From Thermoproteota archaeon (lineage in GTDB: Archaea > Thermoproteota > EX4484-205 > JAAOZP01): a stretch of DNA of 56,405 bases. The notes beneath the pieces were generated by a model. The model made no database searches and was not told the origin of the DNA. It was given only the letters and a program-made list of their open reading frames with translations. Below are positions 33,877 to 42,732 of the stretch, piece after piece; positions within the stretch are counted from its first letter, which is position 1; each line of letters opens with the position of its first letter. The position numbers and the translations under genes are program-made. The stretch is from assembly GCA_038883435.1 (NCBI GenBank), contig JAVZMD010000001.1:9411-65815 (forward strand). Direction: 5' to 3'.

Positions 33877-34272
33877 ATGGTTTGTTTGGATACTAGTTTC
33901 ATAATTGCTCTCATAAGACGTGATCCCGCAGCCGAGAAGAAATTAGAAGAGTATATAAGGAATAATGCAAGAATATCTACAACATACATAACAGCATGCG
34001 AGCTGTTTAAGGGGGCTTACAGGTCGAAGAGAAAAGATGTAGAGGTTACAAAGGTTAGGGAGATACTTTCTCGATTGGAAATTTTGGATTTTTCAATAGA
34101 TGCTTGTGAGAGATATGGCAGGCTTGTAAACGATCTCGAACGTAAGGGAATGCCAATTGACGATTTGGATGCTATAATAGCCAGTCTTGCCTTAACCCAT
34201 AACGAGTCTTTGGTGACTGCTGATAAGGAGCATTTTGAAAGAGTTTCAGGATTGATTGTTGAATCATGGTGA
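33877..34272 (+). CDS. vapC: PIN-domain ribonuclease toxin VapC
   Basis: MVCLDTSFIIAL (first acidic residue), ...CELFKG..., DLDAIIASLAL, and LVTADKEHF (the canonical four acidic positions). 131 aa, 10 nt after the antitoxin. Confidence 0.85.
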   Translation: MVCLDTSFIIALIRRDPAAEKKLEEYIRNNARISTTYITACELFKGAYRSKRKDVEVTKVREILSRLEILDFSIDACERYGRLVNDLERKGMPIDDLDAIIASLALTHNESLVTADKEHFERVSGLIVESW

Positions 34273-34286
34273 TTTATAGACTGTGG

Positions 34287-34925
34287 TTATTTAATGTTTA
34301 ATATTATCGAGACTGCTTCACCAAGGCTTCTCACCGTAAACTCGGCATTACCGCATTTATTCCCTCTCCTCGAAACGAGTATGAACCTCATGCCTGCCTT
34401 ACTAGCAGACTCATAATCGAAGCAAGTATCTCCCACAGCAAAGCATTCCTCCGGCTTAACCCTTAGCAACTCTGCTGCCTTGAGGAAGACATCGGGTTCA
34501 GGCTTTCTCCTGGCAACTACGTCGGACCCGACGAGTACGTCAAACATATTTAAGATTCCAAGATTAAGCAAATACTGTTTTAATCTCCTGGATGTTTGAG
34601 AACTTGCAACCCCGGTTTTAATCCCATTGCTCCTAAGGAGGCTTAGAGAAGGCTTAGTATCGTCGAAGAGCCTCATCCGCGGAGCGTATTCGGACTCGTA
34701 AACCTGGTCCTTAAGCCGCCTGAGCTCAGCAGCCTTAGCCTCGTCCCCACCTGTTATTTTCAGGGATATCTCCGGGCCAGCTAGGCCAACATAATCCTCA
34801 ACCTCCTCCAGCTTTATGCTTATGTTCAACATGCTCGCAGCCTTAGCCCAAGCCTCTGCTAAGGGTCTGACAGTATCCACAAGAGTGCCGTCGAAATCGA
34901 AGACAACTGCTTTAACTCTATTCAA
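34287..34925 (-). CDS. HAD-superfamily hydrolase, subfamily IA
   Basis: AVVFDFDGTLVDT, GVASSQ, KPEPDVF...AVGDTCFDYESA. Confidence 0.8.
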   Translation of the reverse strand: MNRVKAVVFDFDGTLVDTVRPLAEAWAKAASMLNISIKLEEVEDYVGLAGPEISLKITGGDEAKAAELRRLKDQVYESEYAPRMRLFDDTKPSLSLLRSNGIKTGVASSQTSRRLKQYLLNLGILNMFDVLVGSDVVARRKPEPDVFLKAAELLRVKPEECFAVGDTCFDYESASKAGMRFILVSRRGNKCGNAEFTVRSLGEAVSIILNIK

Positions 34926-34949
34926 CTTAATCGTCTCAATATACTTGAG

Positions 34950-36050
34950 TTACCATTCCGTAAGCTTCCTAACCGTTTCAGCGTCAAGCCTCTTAACCAG
35001 TTCTATCACCAGCTTCACAGCATTATTAACATCGCTGAGACTTATTATCGAGGCCGCTGAATGAATATGCCTCGTCGGAACACCTATGACTAGACTCGGG
35101 CATCCCACTTTATGTATGTGTATCCTCCCGGCGTCAGTACCGCCTTTTGCAACCAGTGATAACTGATATGGTATATTGTTCTCTTCAGCAACTCTTATCG
35201 CAAGGTCTTTCAAAGCTTGATTGGGTATCATTGAAGCATCCATCGTAACTATACAGGGGCCCTTGCCCATCTTCGCCTGAGCCTGGCCAGCTGGTATACC
35301 GGGGACATCCCCGGCTATGTCAACCTCTAACACTATGGCTACGTCAGGGTCGACTAGGTTGGCGATCGTAGTAGCACCTCTTAAACCGACTTCTTCCATA
35401 ACCGTTGCCGAACCGTAGACAGTATTGGGATGCGGAATATTCTCTACTCTCAGCCTCCTAACAACCTCCATGGCTATCGCGGCACCAACCCTGTCATCGA
35501 AGGCCTTGCCCATAGCAACCTCCCCGTTTTTCATCAAGGTGAAGTTTGAATACGGTATGACTGGGTCTCCAATTCTAACACCCATGTTCTTAGCCTCGTC
35601 GAGTGATGATGCTCCTATGTCTATGAACATGTTATCCTTAGTTATCACTTTATTGGCTTCTTCAGGCGGAATGAGATGCGGCGGTTTAGCAGCTATAACT
35701 CCATGGAGATCCCCTTTCTGAGTCCTAACTATGACTCTGGTAGACAATAACACTTGGTCGAACCATCCTCCAAGTGGTGCGAAGCTTAGGAAGCCTTGTT
35801 CGTTCATTCCTGAGACGACGAAACCCACCTCATCAACGTGGCCGGCTAAGAGTACTCTAGGCCTTTCCGAACCGCCCTTTTTAATGAAGGCTAGGGAGCC
35901 GAGTTTATCAGACATTATCTCGTCAGCATAAGTCTGCATATAACTCCTAACCTTGAAGAGAACTTCCCTCTCGTAACCGGCTGGTCCAAAGGAGTTCGTA
36001 AGGTCTTCCAGTACCTTTACAATCCACTCTCCAGACAATGTTGGAAACAA
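34950..36050 (-). CDS. M42-family metallopeptidase (TET aminopeptidase/FrvX-like)
   Basis: GHVDEVGF, AFDDRVG, QEEVGLRGA-like MEEVGLRGA, VDIAGDVPG and RHIHS motifs in M42 order. Confidence 0.85.
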   Translation of the reverse strand: MFPTLSGEWIVKVLEDLTNSFGPAGYEREVLFKVRSYMQTYADEIMSDKLGSLAFIKKGGSERPRVLLAGHVDEVGFVVSGMNEQGFLSFAPLGGWFDQVLLSTRVIVRTQKGDLHGVIAAKPPHLIPPEEANKVITKDNMFIDIGASSLDEAKNMGVRIGDPVIPYSNFTLMKNGEVAMGKAFDDRVGAAIAMEVVRRLRVENIPHPNTVYGSATVMEEVGLRGATTIANLVDPDVAIVLEVDIAGDVPGIPAGQAQAKMGKGPCIVTMDASMIPNQALKDLAIRVAEENNIPYQLSLVAKGGTDAGRIHIHKVGCPSLVIGVPTRHIHSAASIISLSDVNNAVKLVIELVKRLDAETVRKLTEW

Positions 36051-36166
36051 TTTATTGAGGCTGAATAAAAACTTTGAGAATAGCCTTCATAGAGTTTTCC
36101 CACAATGTTTTTCAGGGAAAGATTAATATATTTACTAAGGGCGAATTTATAAAGGAGGTGGTTTGA

Positions 36167-36757
36167 ATGTCTGAAGACTGGTTTGACGAATGGTTTGAAA
36201 AACTCGAGAAGGATTTGAAGAGAATGATGCGGAGAGCATTTTCGTTCTCGCCTTTCGAAGAGGATTTCTTTGACTTTTTCAAGCGTATTGAAGGCGAATT
36301 CCCCAAAGAGCTGATAAGGGAAGAGAAGCTTCCAGACGGTAGCGTTAGGAGAGAGTACGGGCCATTCATATACGGCTATTCTGTAAGAATAGGACCTGAT
36401 GGAAAACCTGTGATAAGGGAATTTGGGAACGTTAAACGTAAGGTTTCTCCAGTTAAGCCGGTTGAGGTTAAGGAGTCTACTGAACCGCTTGTTGACGTAA
36501 TTACTGAGGAAGATAAGATTAAGGTTATAGCAGAAGTCCCTGGGGTGGATAAGCAGGATATTAAGCTGAACGTCGTTGGGAAAACACTGCACATAAGGGC
36601 AGAGTCGGAGAGGAGGAAGTATAGTAAAGATGTCGAGCTTCCCGAGGAAGTCGACCCTAAGACAGCTAAGGCAAGCTATAAAAACGGTATTCTCGAGGTC
36701 ACTCTGAACAAGATTAAGAGGGAAGAGAAGAAGGGCGAGGAAATACCAATAGAGTAG
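36167..36757 (+). CDS. Small heat-shock protein (Hsp20/alpha-crystallin domain) with extended N-terminal region
   Basis: ACD segment PLVDVITEEDKIKVIAEVPGVDKQDIKLNVVGKTLHIRAE...ASYKNGILEVTLNK. Confidence 0.8.
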   Translation: MSEDWFDEWFEKLEKDLKRMMRRAFSFSPFEEDFFDFFKRIEGEFPKELIREEKLPDGSVRREYGPFIYGYSVRIGPDGKPVIREFGNVKRKVSPVKPVEVKESTEPLVDVITEEDKIKVIAEVPGVDKQDIKLNVVGKTLHIRAESERRKYSKDVELPEEVDPKTAKASYKNGILEVTLNKIKREEKKGEEIPIE

Positions 36758-36760
36758 TCA

Positions 36761-37042
36761 ATGGTTCCAAATCTGGTGCTAGCCGGGACGCTATTAATCC
36801 TATTGGGCTTCATAATCATCTTCTTAACCATATTCCTAAGCTTCCTTCAGAGTATCAGGAAAAGTGGGCAAAGAGAGGTTAAGTCGGAGAAACACGGTGG
36901 TGCAGTTGTCATGATAGGCCCGATTCCAATAATCCTCGCCTCAGACCCTAAAACAGCTAGGATGTTGATTATTCTGGCAATAATACTGACCATTTTGCTT
37001 GCTGCAATAACTATTACATACGGGTTGATGAGGCTTGGATAG
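36761..37042 (+). CDS. Small membrane protein (DUF131/TIGR00304-like), paralogue 1
   Basis: Two TM helices flank GGAVVMIGPIPI. It is paralogous to the next ORF (GGALVVFIGPFFFG). Confidence 0.5.
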   Translation: MVPNLVLAGTLLILLGFIIIFLTIFLSFLQSIRKSGQREVKSEKHGGAVVMIGPIPIILASDPKTARMLIILAIILTILLAAITITYGLMRLG

Positions 37043-37304
37043 GCTTAGCATACTGTTCCTAATCGGCTTTCTGCTAATAATCATCGGCTTCATAACAGTT
37101 TTTCTAGCATCTATAACAGGTGATGTAGCTGGGGGAGGAGCACTGGTGGTTTTCATAGGTCCCTTTTTCTTTGGGACAGGGTTTGGAGAATACGCCCCAA
37201 TACTTATTTTAATAAGCGTAATGATTGCTATAGCAATGGTATTGATTACACTGCTCAGCGTCAGACGCTGGAAAATAGAAAGAAGAATGGAGGAAACTGA
37301 TTAA
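37035..37304 (+). CDS. Small membrane protein (DUF131/TIGR00304-like), paralogue 2
   Basis: Overlaps paralogue 1 by 8 nt and has the same TM-GGxxVxIGP-TM layout. Confidence 0.5.
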   Translation: MDRLSILFLIGFLLIIIGFITVFLASITGDVAGGGALVVFIGPFFFGTGFGEYAPILILISVMIAIAMVLITLLSVRRWKIERRMEETD

Positions 37305-37936
37305 TCCTCAGGCTCCATTACAACAGCTTTTTCGCCGACAATGCTCTTGAACCTCTCAGCATCGCTCTTGTCTCCGACTATTGCGCCGTAATGCATCGGT
37401 ATGAATATGCCAGTGCCTATGTCTATAGATGCTTGAGCCGCATCTTCAGCATTCATCGTATAGGTTCCACCAACCGGTAGTAACGAAATGTCCGGCTTAA
37501 TGTTAGCCATTTCAGGAATCCTATCAGTGTCTCCAGCATGGTATATCTTAACACCGCTTACTGTGACTACGTATCCCACTTTACCATCCAATTTAGGGTG
37601 GAAAGACTTACTAACATTGTAAGAGGGGACAGCGTCGATTCTAACTCCTGACAAATCTAAGCTGACGCCCGGCTTAACTATCTTATGCTCCATGTTTAGT
37701 GTTCTAAACTTTGCTTCACACTCCTTAGGGCCAACTATCACCGTACTTGGAGTAGATATCTTCTTAATATCGTCTACACTAAAATGGTCAAAATGATTGT
37801 GTGTAACAAGGATTATGTCAGCAGCTGAGCCGCCTTTAATCTTGTAAGGGTCTATGTAGATCGTCTTCCCCTCACCGACTATCCTGAAGCCAGCATGTCC
37901 CAGCCAATATATCTTCACACCCTTAACCTCTATCAA
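37301..37936 (-). CDS. Metallo-beta-lactamase-fold hydrolase (UPF0173-like)
   Basis: LVTHNHFDHF (HxHxDH motif), HAGDT, PMHY. 211 aa. Confidence 0.75.
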   Translation of the reverse strand: MIEVKGVKIYWLGHAGFRIVGEGKTIYIDPYKIKGGSAADIILVTHNHFDHFSVDDIKKISTPSTVIVGPKECEAKFRTLNMEHKIVKPGVSLDLSGVRIDAVPSYNVSKSFHPKLDGKVGYVVTVSGVKIYHAGDTDRIPEMANIKPDISLLPVGGTYTMNAEDAAQASIDIGTGIFIPMHYGAIVGDKSDAERFKSIVGEKAVVMEPED

Positions 37937-38045
37937 ACTGAAACTAAGTATTTCGAGAAGGGTTGGATATAAAGTTATGCCTTAACGGTTTAAAACAAAA
38001 ATTAGCAGTGCTTCTGTCTCAAAGTTAGATGGAAGTGAAGGATAA

Positions 38046-38276
38046 TTATTTTCCTGATTCTTTTTTACGCCGTAGGATTATCAACTCGTATACTCCAAAG
38101 AACCCTAGAACCAAACCTATGAGTGAAAGTGCATATACGAAGAAGCAGAAAACTATTGTCAACGAATCATCGAAAACAAAAACATTAATCGCCATAAGGA
38201 ATGAAAGGATAAAACTTAATAGCATGAGGAAAACTCCGAGTGTTGTTTTAAAGCGTGGCTCACCCAGTTTTCTCAT
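38046..38276 (-). CDS. Small two-TM membrane protein, uncharacterised
   Basis: 76 aa with two clear hydrophobic helices. The start overlaps the stop of the upstream ABC ATPase gene by 17 nt. I prefer it to the antisense ORF 38029-38280, which is hydrophilic low-complexity. Confidence 0.35.
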   Translation of the reverse strand: MRKLGEPRFKTTLGVFLMLLSFILSFLMAINVFVFDDSLTIVFCFFVYALSLIGLVLGFFGVYELIILRRKKESGK

Positions 38277-39243
38277 ATAACCAGCACTTCACATAATGGT
38301 TCTTATTAACCTCTAAGAAAGCAGGCTCCTTAATATCACATATTCCTTTCATGAAGTTTGGACACCTAGGGCTGAAACGGCATCCGGGGGGCGGATTAAT
38401 CAAATCCGGCGGTTCTCCTGAAGGCACCTCCTTAATGGAAAAACGGTTCGATGGATCAGGGTCAGGTATCACATTTAACAATGCTTTAGTGTAAGGATGC
38501 AACGGGTTTCTCAATATCTCTTTAGTATCTGCACATTCAATAACATGGGCAGCATACATGATGTAAATTTTTTCTGAGAAATATCGTGTTGTTGAAATAT
38601 CGTGTGTAATATAAATTATGCTTAACTCGTATTTTCTCTGAAGATCCTGTAAAAGCTTCAAGATTTCTATTCTTACTGAAACATCCAACATCGAAACCGG
38701 TTCATCTGCAATTATCAGCTTCGGTTCAAGAATGATCGCTCTGGCAATAACAAGTCTTTGCTGCTGTCCTCCACTAAGCATATGAGGATATTTTCTAATA
38801 AAGTCCTCAACAGGGGTTAATCTAACTTGCTCTAAAGCATTATGAATCCTCTTCTCCCTCTCACTCTTATCTTTAATGCCTTGAATTACCAAGGGTTCCT
38901 CCAAAATCCTTCTTACTGTCATGAACGGTGGTAATGCACCAAACGGGTCTTGTTCAACAAGACCCGTTTCCCTTCTATACCATCTTAACTCATTAGATTT
39001 CAAATGCGTTATGTCTTTGCCGTCAAAAAATATTTTTCCATCAGTTGGTTCATATAGACGGAGTATTGTTTTACCAAGCGTAGTTTTTCCACATCCGCTT
39101 TCGCCTACTACGGATATTGCTTCCCCCTTTCCGAGGCGCAGATCCACTCCGTCCACGGCCTTTATGTAAACCCGGCTGAAAAACCCTTTCCTAACTGGAA
39201 AATACTTTTTTAACCCTTCAATATTCAACAATGCTTCTCTCAT
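38260..39243 (-). CDS. Opp/Dpp-type ABC transporter ATP-binding protein (OppF-like)
   Basis: Walker A GESGCGKTT, signature LSGGQQQR, Walker B LIIADEP, and the C-terminal oligopeptide-ABC extension with CRFSPRCP. Confidence 0.9.
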   Translation of the reverse strand: MREALLNIEGLKKYFPVRKGFFSRVYIKAVDGVDLRLGKGEAISVVGESGCGKTTLGKTILRLYEPTDGKIFFDGKDITHLKSNELRWYRRETGLVEQDPFGALPPFMTVRRILEEPLVIQGIKDKSEREKRIHNALEQVRLTPVEDFIRKYPHMLSGGQQQRLVIARAIILEPKLIIADEPVSMLDVSVRIEILKLLQDLQRKYELSIIYITHDISTTRYFSEKIYIMYAAHVIECADTKEILRNPLHPYTKALLNVIPDPDPSNRFSIKEVPSGEPPDLINPPPGCRFSPRCPNFMKGICDIKEPAFLEVNKNHYVKCWLYEKTG

Positions 39244-39247
39244 AGTG

Positions 39248-40210
39248 TTAACCCCTCACGTGTAGCCAACACCTTACGTAGAAATCTTTCTCCAAGAATG
39301 TTATAGGAGGATCTTCGACGCATTTGTCGAACCTCCATGGACATCTTTCTCTAAACCGGCATCCTTTAGGGGGGTTCAGGAGGCTCGGTGGGGAGCCAGG
39401 TATGGGGTCGAGCTTCTTATCTACTCTGAGTGTAGGAACGCTTTCCATAAGTTTTCGAGAGTAAGGGTGAGCAGGATCATTGTAAAACTTTTCTGCACTG
39501 TTGAATTCGACGATTTGCCCAGCATACATCACCGCAACCCTGTCTGCCAGCTCACTCGAAAGGCCTACGTCATGTGTTATGAAAATCATACTTGGGTTAT
39601 ACTCCTTCTTAATTTTCTTCATCAGATTCATGATGTTGGCTTGTGTCAACACGTCTAGAGAGGAGGTAGGTTCATCAAGAAGCATTAACTCTGGTTTAAC
39701 CATAAGGGACATTGCTATTATAACTCTCTGCCTCATTCCGCCGCTCAACTCGAAAGGGTAGCGATTCAAAAATTCCTCGCTTATTCCAAGTCCCCGCAGT
39801 GTTTTTGCAGCTATTTCTAAGGCTTCTCTCTTACTGGCCTTGTTTTTTACGACAAGTGGTTCAATCATCTGATCACCTATCTTAAGAACATCGTTCAGCG
39901 AGTTTAAAGCTGCCTGAGGAATATATGTAATCTTAACCCATCTTATTTCCTTCTCGAATATTTTCTCATCGAGTTCCATCAGGTTTATGCCGTCCAGTAA
40001 AAAGATGCCTTTATACACAGACACGTTTCTAGGCAGTACTCTTATCAGTGATTTAGCTAGTGAACTCTTTCCACATCCAGATTCCCCTATTACTGCAATA
40101 GTCTCTCCCTTTTCTAAGGAGAATGAAACATTATCGACTGCTTTAACCTCGCCCTTCGTAGTCCTATAATACATCACGAAATCCCTTATATCAAGGTGTT
40201 TTCCATCCAT
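39248..40210 (-). CDS. Opp/Dpp-type ABC transporter ATP-binding protein (OppD-like)
   Basis: GESGCGKSS, LSGGMRQR, LMLLDEPTSSLD, C-terminal CRFRERCP. I moved the start to the internal ATG (MDGKHLDIRD) at 40210, which abuts the permease stop at 40215. The track start 40294 would overlap by 80 nt. Confidence 0.9.
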   Translation of the reverse strand: MDGKHLDIRDFVMYYRTTKGEVKAVDNVSFSLEKGETIAVIGESGCGKSSLAKSLIRVLPRNVSVYKGIFLLDGINLMELDEKIFEKEIRWVKITYIPQAALNSLNDVLKIGDQMIEPLVVKNKASKREALEIAAKTLRGLGISEEFLNRYPFELSGGMRQRVIIAMSLMVKPELMLLDEPTSSLDVLTQANIMNLMKKIKKEYNPSMIFITHDVGLSSELADRVAVMYAGQIVEFNSAEKFYNDPAHPYSRKLMESVPTLRVDKKLDPIPGSPPSLLNPPKGCRFRERCPWRFDKCVEDPPITFLEKDFYVRCWLHVRG

Positions 40211-40214
40211 TAAA

Positions 40215-41633
40215 CTACATCTCCTTAAGCTTAGGGTTGAATATCCTGTCAAGCGTGAAGCCCAATAGAGCAAAGCCCATGCATGTAATCGCAAGCATGA
40301 CGGACGGTTCTAAGACCCAGTAGTATAAACCCTTATAGAGAGCACCATACCTAAATGCATCCTCGATTATTTTTCCCCATGTAGGTGTTAACGGGTCACC
40401 CACGCCTAGTAGGGCCAACACAGCTTCTAGGAACACGAAGTCTGGAACTGAAAGAACTATTGATGGAATAAGCGTAGGTAAAATCTTTGGTATCAGGTAT
40501 CGAGTTACGATTCTAAAGTTTCCAGCACCATAAGCTTTAGCAGCCTCAACATATGGAAATTCCCTCACCTGCAGGAATACAGCTCTATATGTTTTAATAC
40601 TGGCACCAAAGATGCTTAATGCAATAACGGCCAGCAGTAAGGTAAGGAGAGACGGTCTGAAGAATGTAGCTATCATTACCATCGTTGGTAAAAAGGGCAG
40701 TATCATGAAGATTTCTGTAACCCTCTGTATGGAAACATCTACATATCCCCTAAACCATGCACTAATAGCAGCAAAAATAATTTGTGAAAAAGCTATTACG
40801 AGTGATGCTGTTACACCAAATGCCAATGCAACCGGAGCGCCCCAGAGAAGAGCGATTCCGATGTCTCTTCTCAAATGGTCTGTTCCAGCCCAGCCGTAAA
40901 CCTTACCGTAAACATTCAGCTTTGCATCAAGATCAGCATCTGTTTCGAAAGTTACACCTTCTATCCATAATTTGTAGACGCCCTTCATGACTTTAACAGT
41001 ATCAGAATTAAGTATACTCTCATCTTCAACTGCAAACAGGGAGACTAAAACAGGTATATCGTATTTTATAGGCTTATTTAGTTTCCGCGAAATACTATTT
41101 TTAAGTTCGTTAGCTAACCCATAGTCCACAGAGATATAATAGTTCTCCTCCTGAGATATGGAGAGTGTTTTTAGAACAATATCTTCACCGTTTGGTTTAA
41201 CCCAATGTATTGTTAAATGCGGTGATGAAACATTAAATCTTGCCTTGAAAAATAGATTCAGCTCACTCGGGAACTCATCATACTCATAGTTAAATGAGAA
41301 CTCGATTCTAATAACACTAACTTTCCCAATTGCTGGAATGATTGCTTTGGAGACGCCTGCCTTAGGTTTCTCAGTACTTAAGATTATTGTCTCGGGCAGT
41401 TTTTTAACTGAAAAAATATTTACCCAAGAGGGCAGTGCGTTGCGCGGATTATCCAGCCAGTATTTTTCGCCGCTTCTCCAGAGCTCAACAGCTGTATCAT
41501 AAGGTAGAGCAATAAACGTATATATAGATATAATTATTAGTATCAGTATGATTAATAATCCAATTAAAGCCGATTTATAGACAAACAGTTGCTTAACCGC
41601 TTCCCTAATTTTATGCGATTCCAATTTCACCAC
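40215..41633 (-). CDS. Opp/Dpp-type ABC transporter permease (OppC-like) with large extracytoplasmic loop
   Basis: N-terminal TM helix, about 200-aa loop, then a six-TM BPD_transp_1 core with the EAA-like VEAAKAYGAGNFRIV. Confidence 0.85.
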   Translation of the reverse strand: MVKLESHKIREAVKQLFVYKSALIGLLIILILIIISIYTFIALPYDTAVELWRSGEKYWLDNPRNALPSWVNIFSVKKLPETIILSTEKPKAGVSKAIIPAIGKVSVIRIEFSFNYEYDEFPSELNLFFKARFNVSSPHLTIHWVKPNGEDIVLKTLSISQEENYYISVDYGLANELKNSISRKLNKPIKYDIPVLVSLFAVEDESILNSDTVKVMKGVYKLWIEGVTFETDADLDAKLNVYGKVYGWAGTDHLRRDIGIALLWGAPVALAFGVTASLVIAFSQIIFAAISAWFRGYVDVSIQRVTEIFMILPFLPTMVMIATFFRPSLLTLLLAVIALSIFGASIKTYRAVFLQVREFPYVEAAKAYGAGNFRIVTRYLIPKILPTLIPSIVLSVPDFVFLEAVLALLGVGDPLTPTWGKIIEDAFRYGALYKGLYYWVLEPSVMLAITCMGFALLGFTLDRIFNPKLKEM

Positions 41634-42699
41634 CTTCAGCTCTAATTCGCGGGTCTAGAACCCCATACATAGATTCCAGTATGAAAAGCGTTATAGCTAA
41701 TAAGTAGGCATATATCACTACAATCCCAACTATTACAGGTCCGTCAAACGCATTCGTAGCAGCGTTTAGCAAGCTACCTATACCAGGCCAAGAGAAAACT
41801 GTTTCCGTGATGATTGCACCCATCCAAGAGCTGATCAGCATTAGTGAAAAATCTGTTATAATAGACGGCAATACTGTCCTAAGAACATATCTCCTCTGAA
41901 TAACAGATTCAGGCAAACCCTTAGCCTTAGCAAGATCAATGTAATCCTCGCTTGCGAACATTAAGAAGAATGTTCTTCTTGAGTAAACGTTTATGAACGT
42001 GTATGCCATAAGCCAAGATAAGGTCGGTAGAATCATGTGTTTTAAAACGCTTAACGCGTATTCGAATCTGTCAGATGGAGGAGGCACATCAACCATACCA
42101 CCATATGGCAGTATCCTAAGAAATGATGCGAATATGAGTATCATAAATATTCCGTAGAACCATCCGGGTAGCGATGAGAGCGGTACAAGCATGGTGACAA
42201 TCCTGTCTAGGAGGCTGCCGTGCTTTCTCGAGAGAGATAAGCCTCCGATTAGACCAGTGAAGAACAATATGATGTTTATTGTTGTGAACAGCAGTATGGT
42301 AGGTGGCAGCCTCTCCGCAATAATTAGTCGGACACTCCTAGAACCGCTCTCACTACTTAAAAACAATGCTCTACCCAGATCCAAAGTCAAAGCATCCTTC
42401 CAGTAGTTGAAACTTCTGTATATGAATGGTTGGTCAAAGCCTAGTCTTCTCAGCTCATTATTATAAATCTCCTCAACCAGATTCCTGTATTGGGTTTCGT
42501 TTAAATACTTAAAGGCAGGGTTCTGACGTACGCTTTGAGAAACATACATGTATACCTCACTCTTAATTATCTGATCCACGTAGCCTCCCATGTTGGCAAT
42601 CAGAACAGTAGCATAAACAGCAACCAGTACTGAGAAGAGAAGGAGTGCCCCCCGCTTAAGCATATGCCTTATAAATGCCGGAATTCTCATCGTGGCCAT
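41611..42699 (-). CDS. Opp/Dpp-type ABC transporter permease (OppB-like)
   Basis: BPD_transp_1 core with EDYIDLAKAKGLPESVIQRRYVLR (EAA loop). Confidence 0.85.
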   Translation of the reverse strand: MATMRIPAFIRHMLKRGALLLFSVLVAVYATVLIANMGGYVDQIIKSEVYMYVSQSVRQNPAFKYLNETQYRNLVEEIYNNELRRLGFDQPFIYRSFNYWKDALTLDLGRALFLSSESGSRSVRLIIAERLPPTILLFTTINIILFFTGLIGGLSLSRKHGSLLDRIVTMLVPLSSLPGWFYGIFMILIFASFLRILPYGGMVDVPPPSDRFEYALSVLKHMILPTLSWLMAYTFINVYSRRTFFLMFASEDYIDLAKAKGLPESVIQRRYVLRTVLPSIITDFSLMLISSWMGAIITETVFSWPGIGSLLNAATNAFDGPVIVGIVVIYAYLLAITLFILESMYGVLDPRIRAEGGEIGIA

Positions 42700-42732
42700 A
42701 AAGGAGAAAAAAGGAGAATAAAAAGATAGCGG

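Noticed and set aside
36017-36592. 191-aa minus-strand ORF opposite the Hsp20 gene
   Set aside because: The plus-strand frame has an unmistakable alpha-crystallin domain. The minus frame is low complexity and overlaps the M42 peptidase 5' end.
38029-38280. 83-aa plus-strand hydrophilic ORF
   Set aside because: The opposite frame (38046-38276, minus) encodes two clean TM helices and is coupled to the ABC ATPase gene. The plus frame is Lys/Arg/Ser-rich with no features. Neither is certain.
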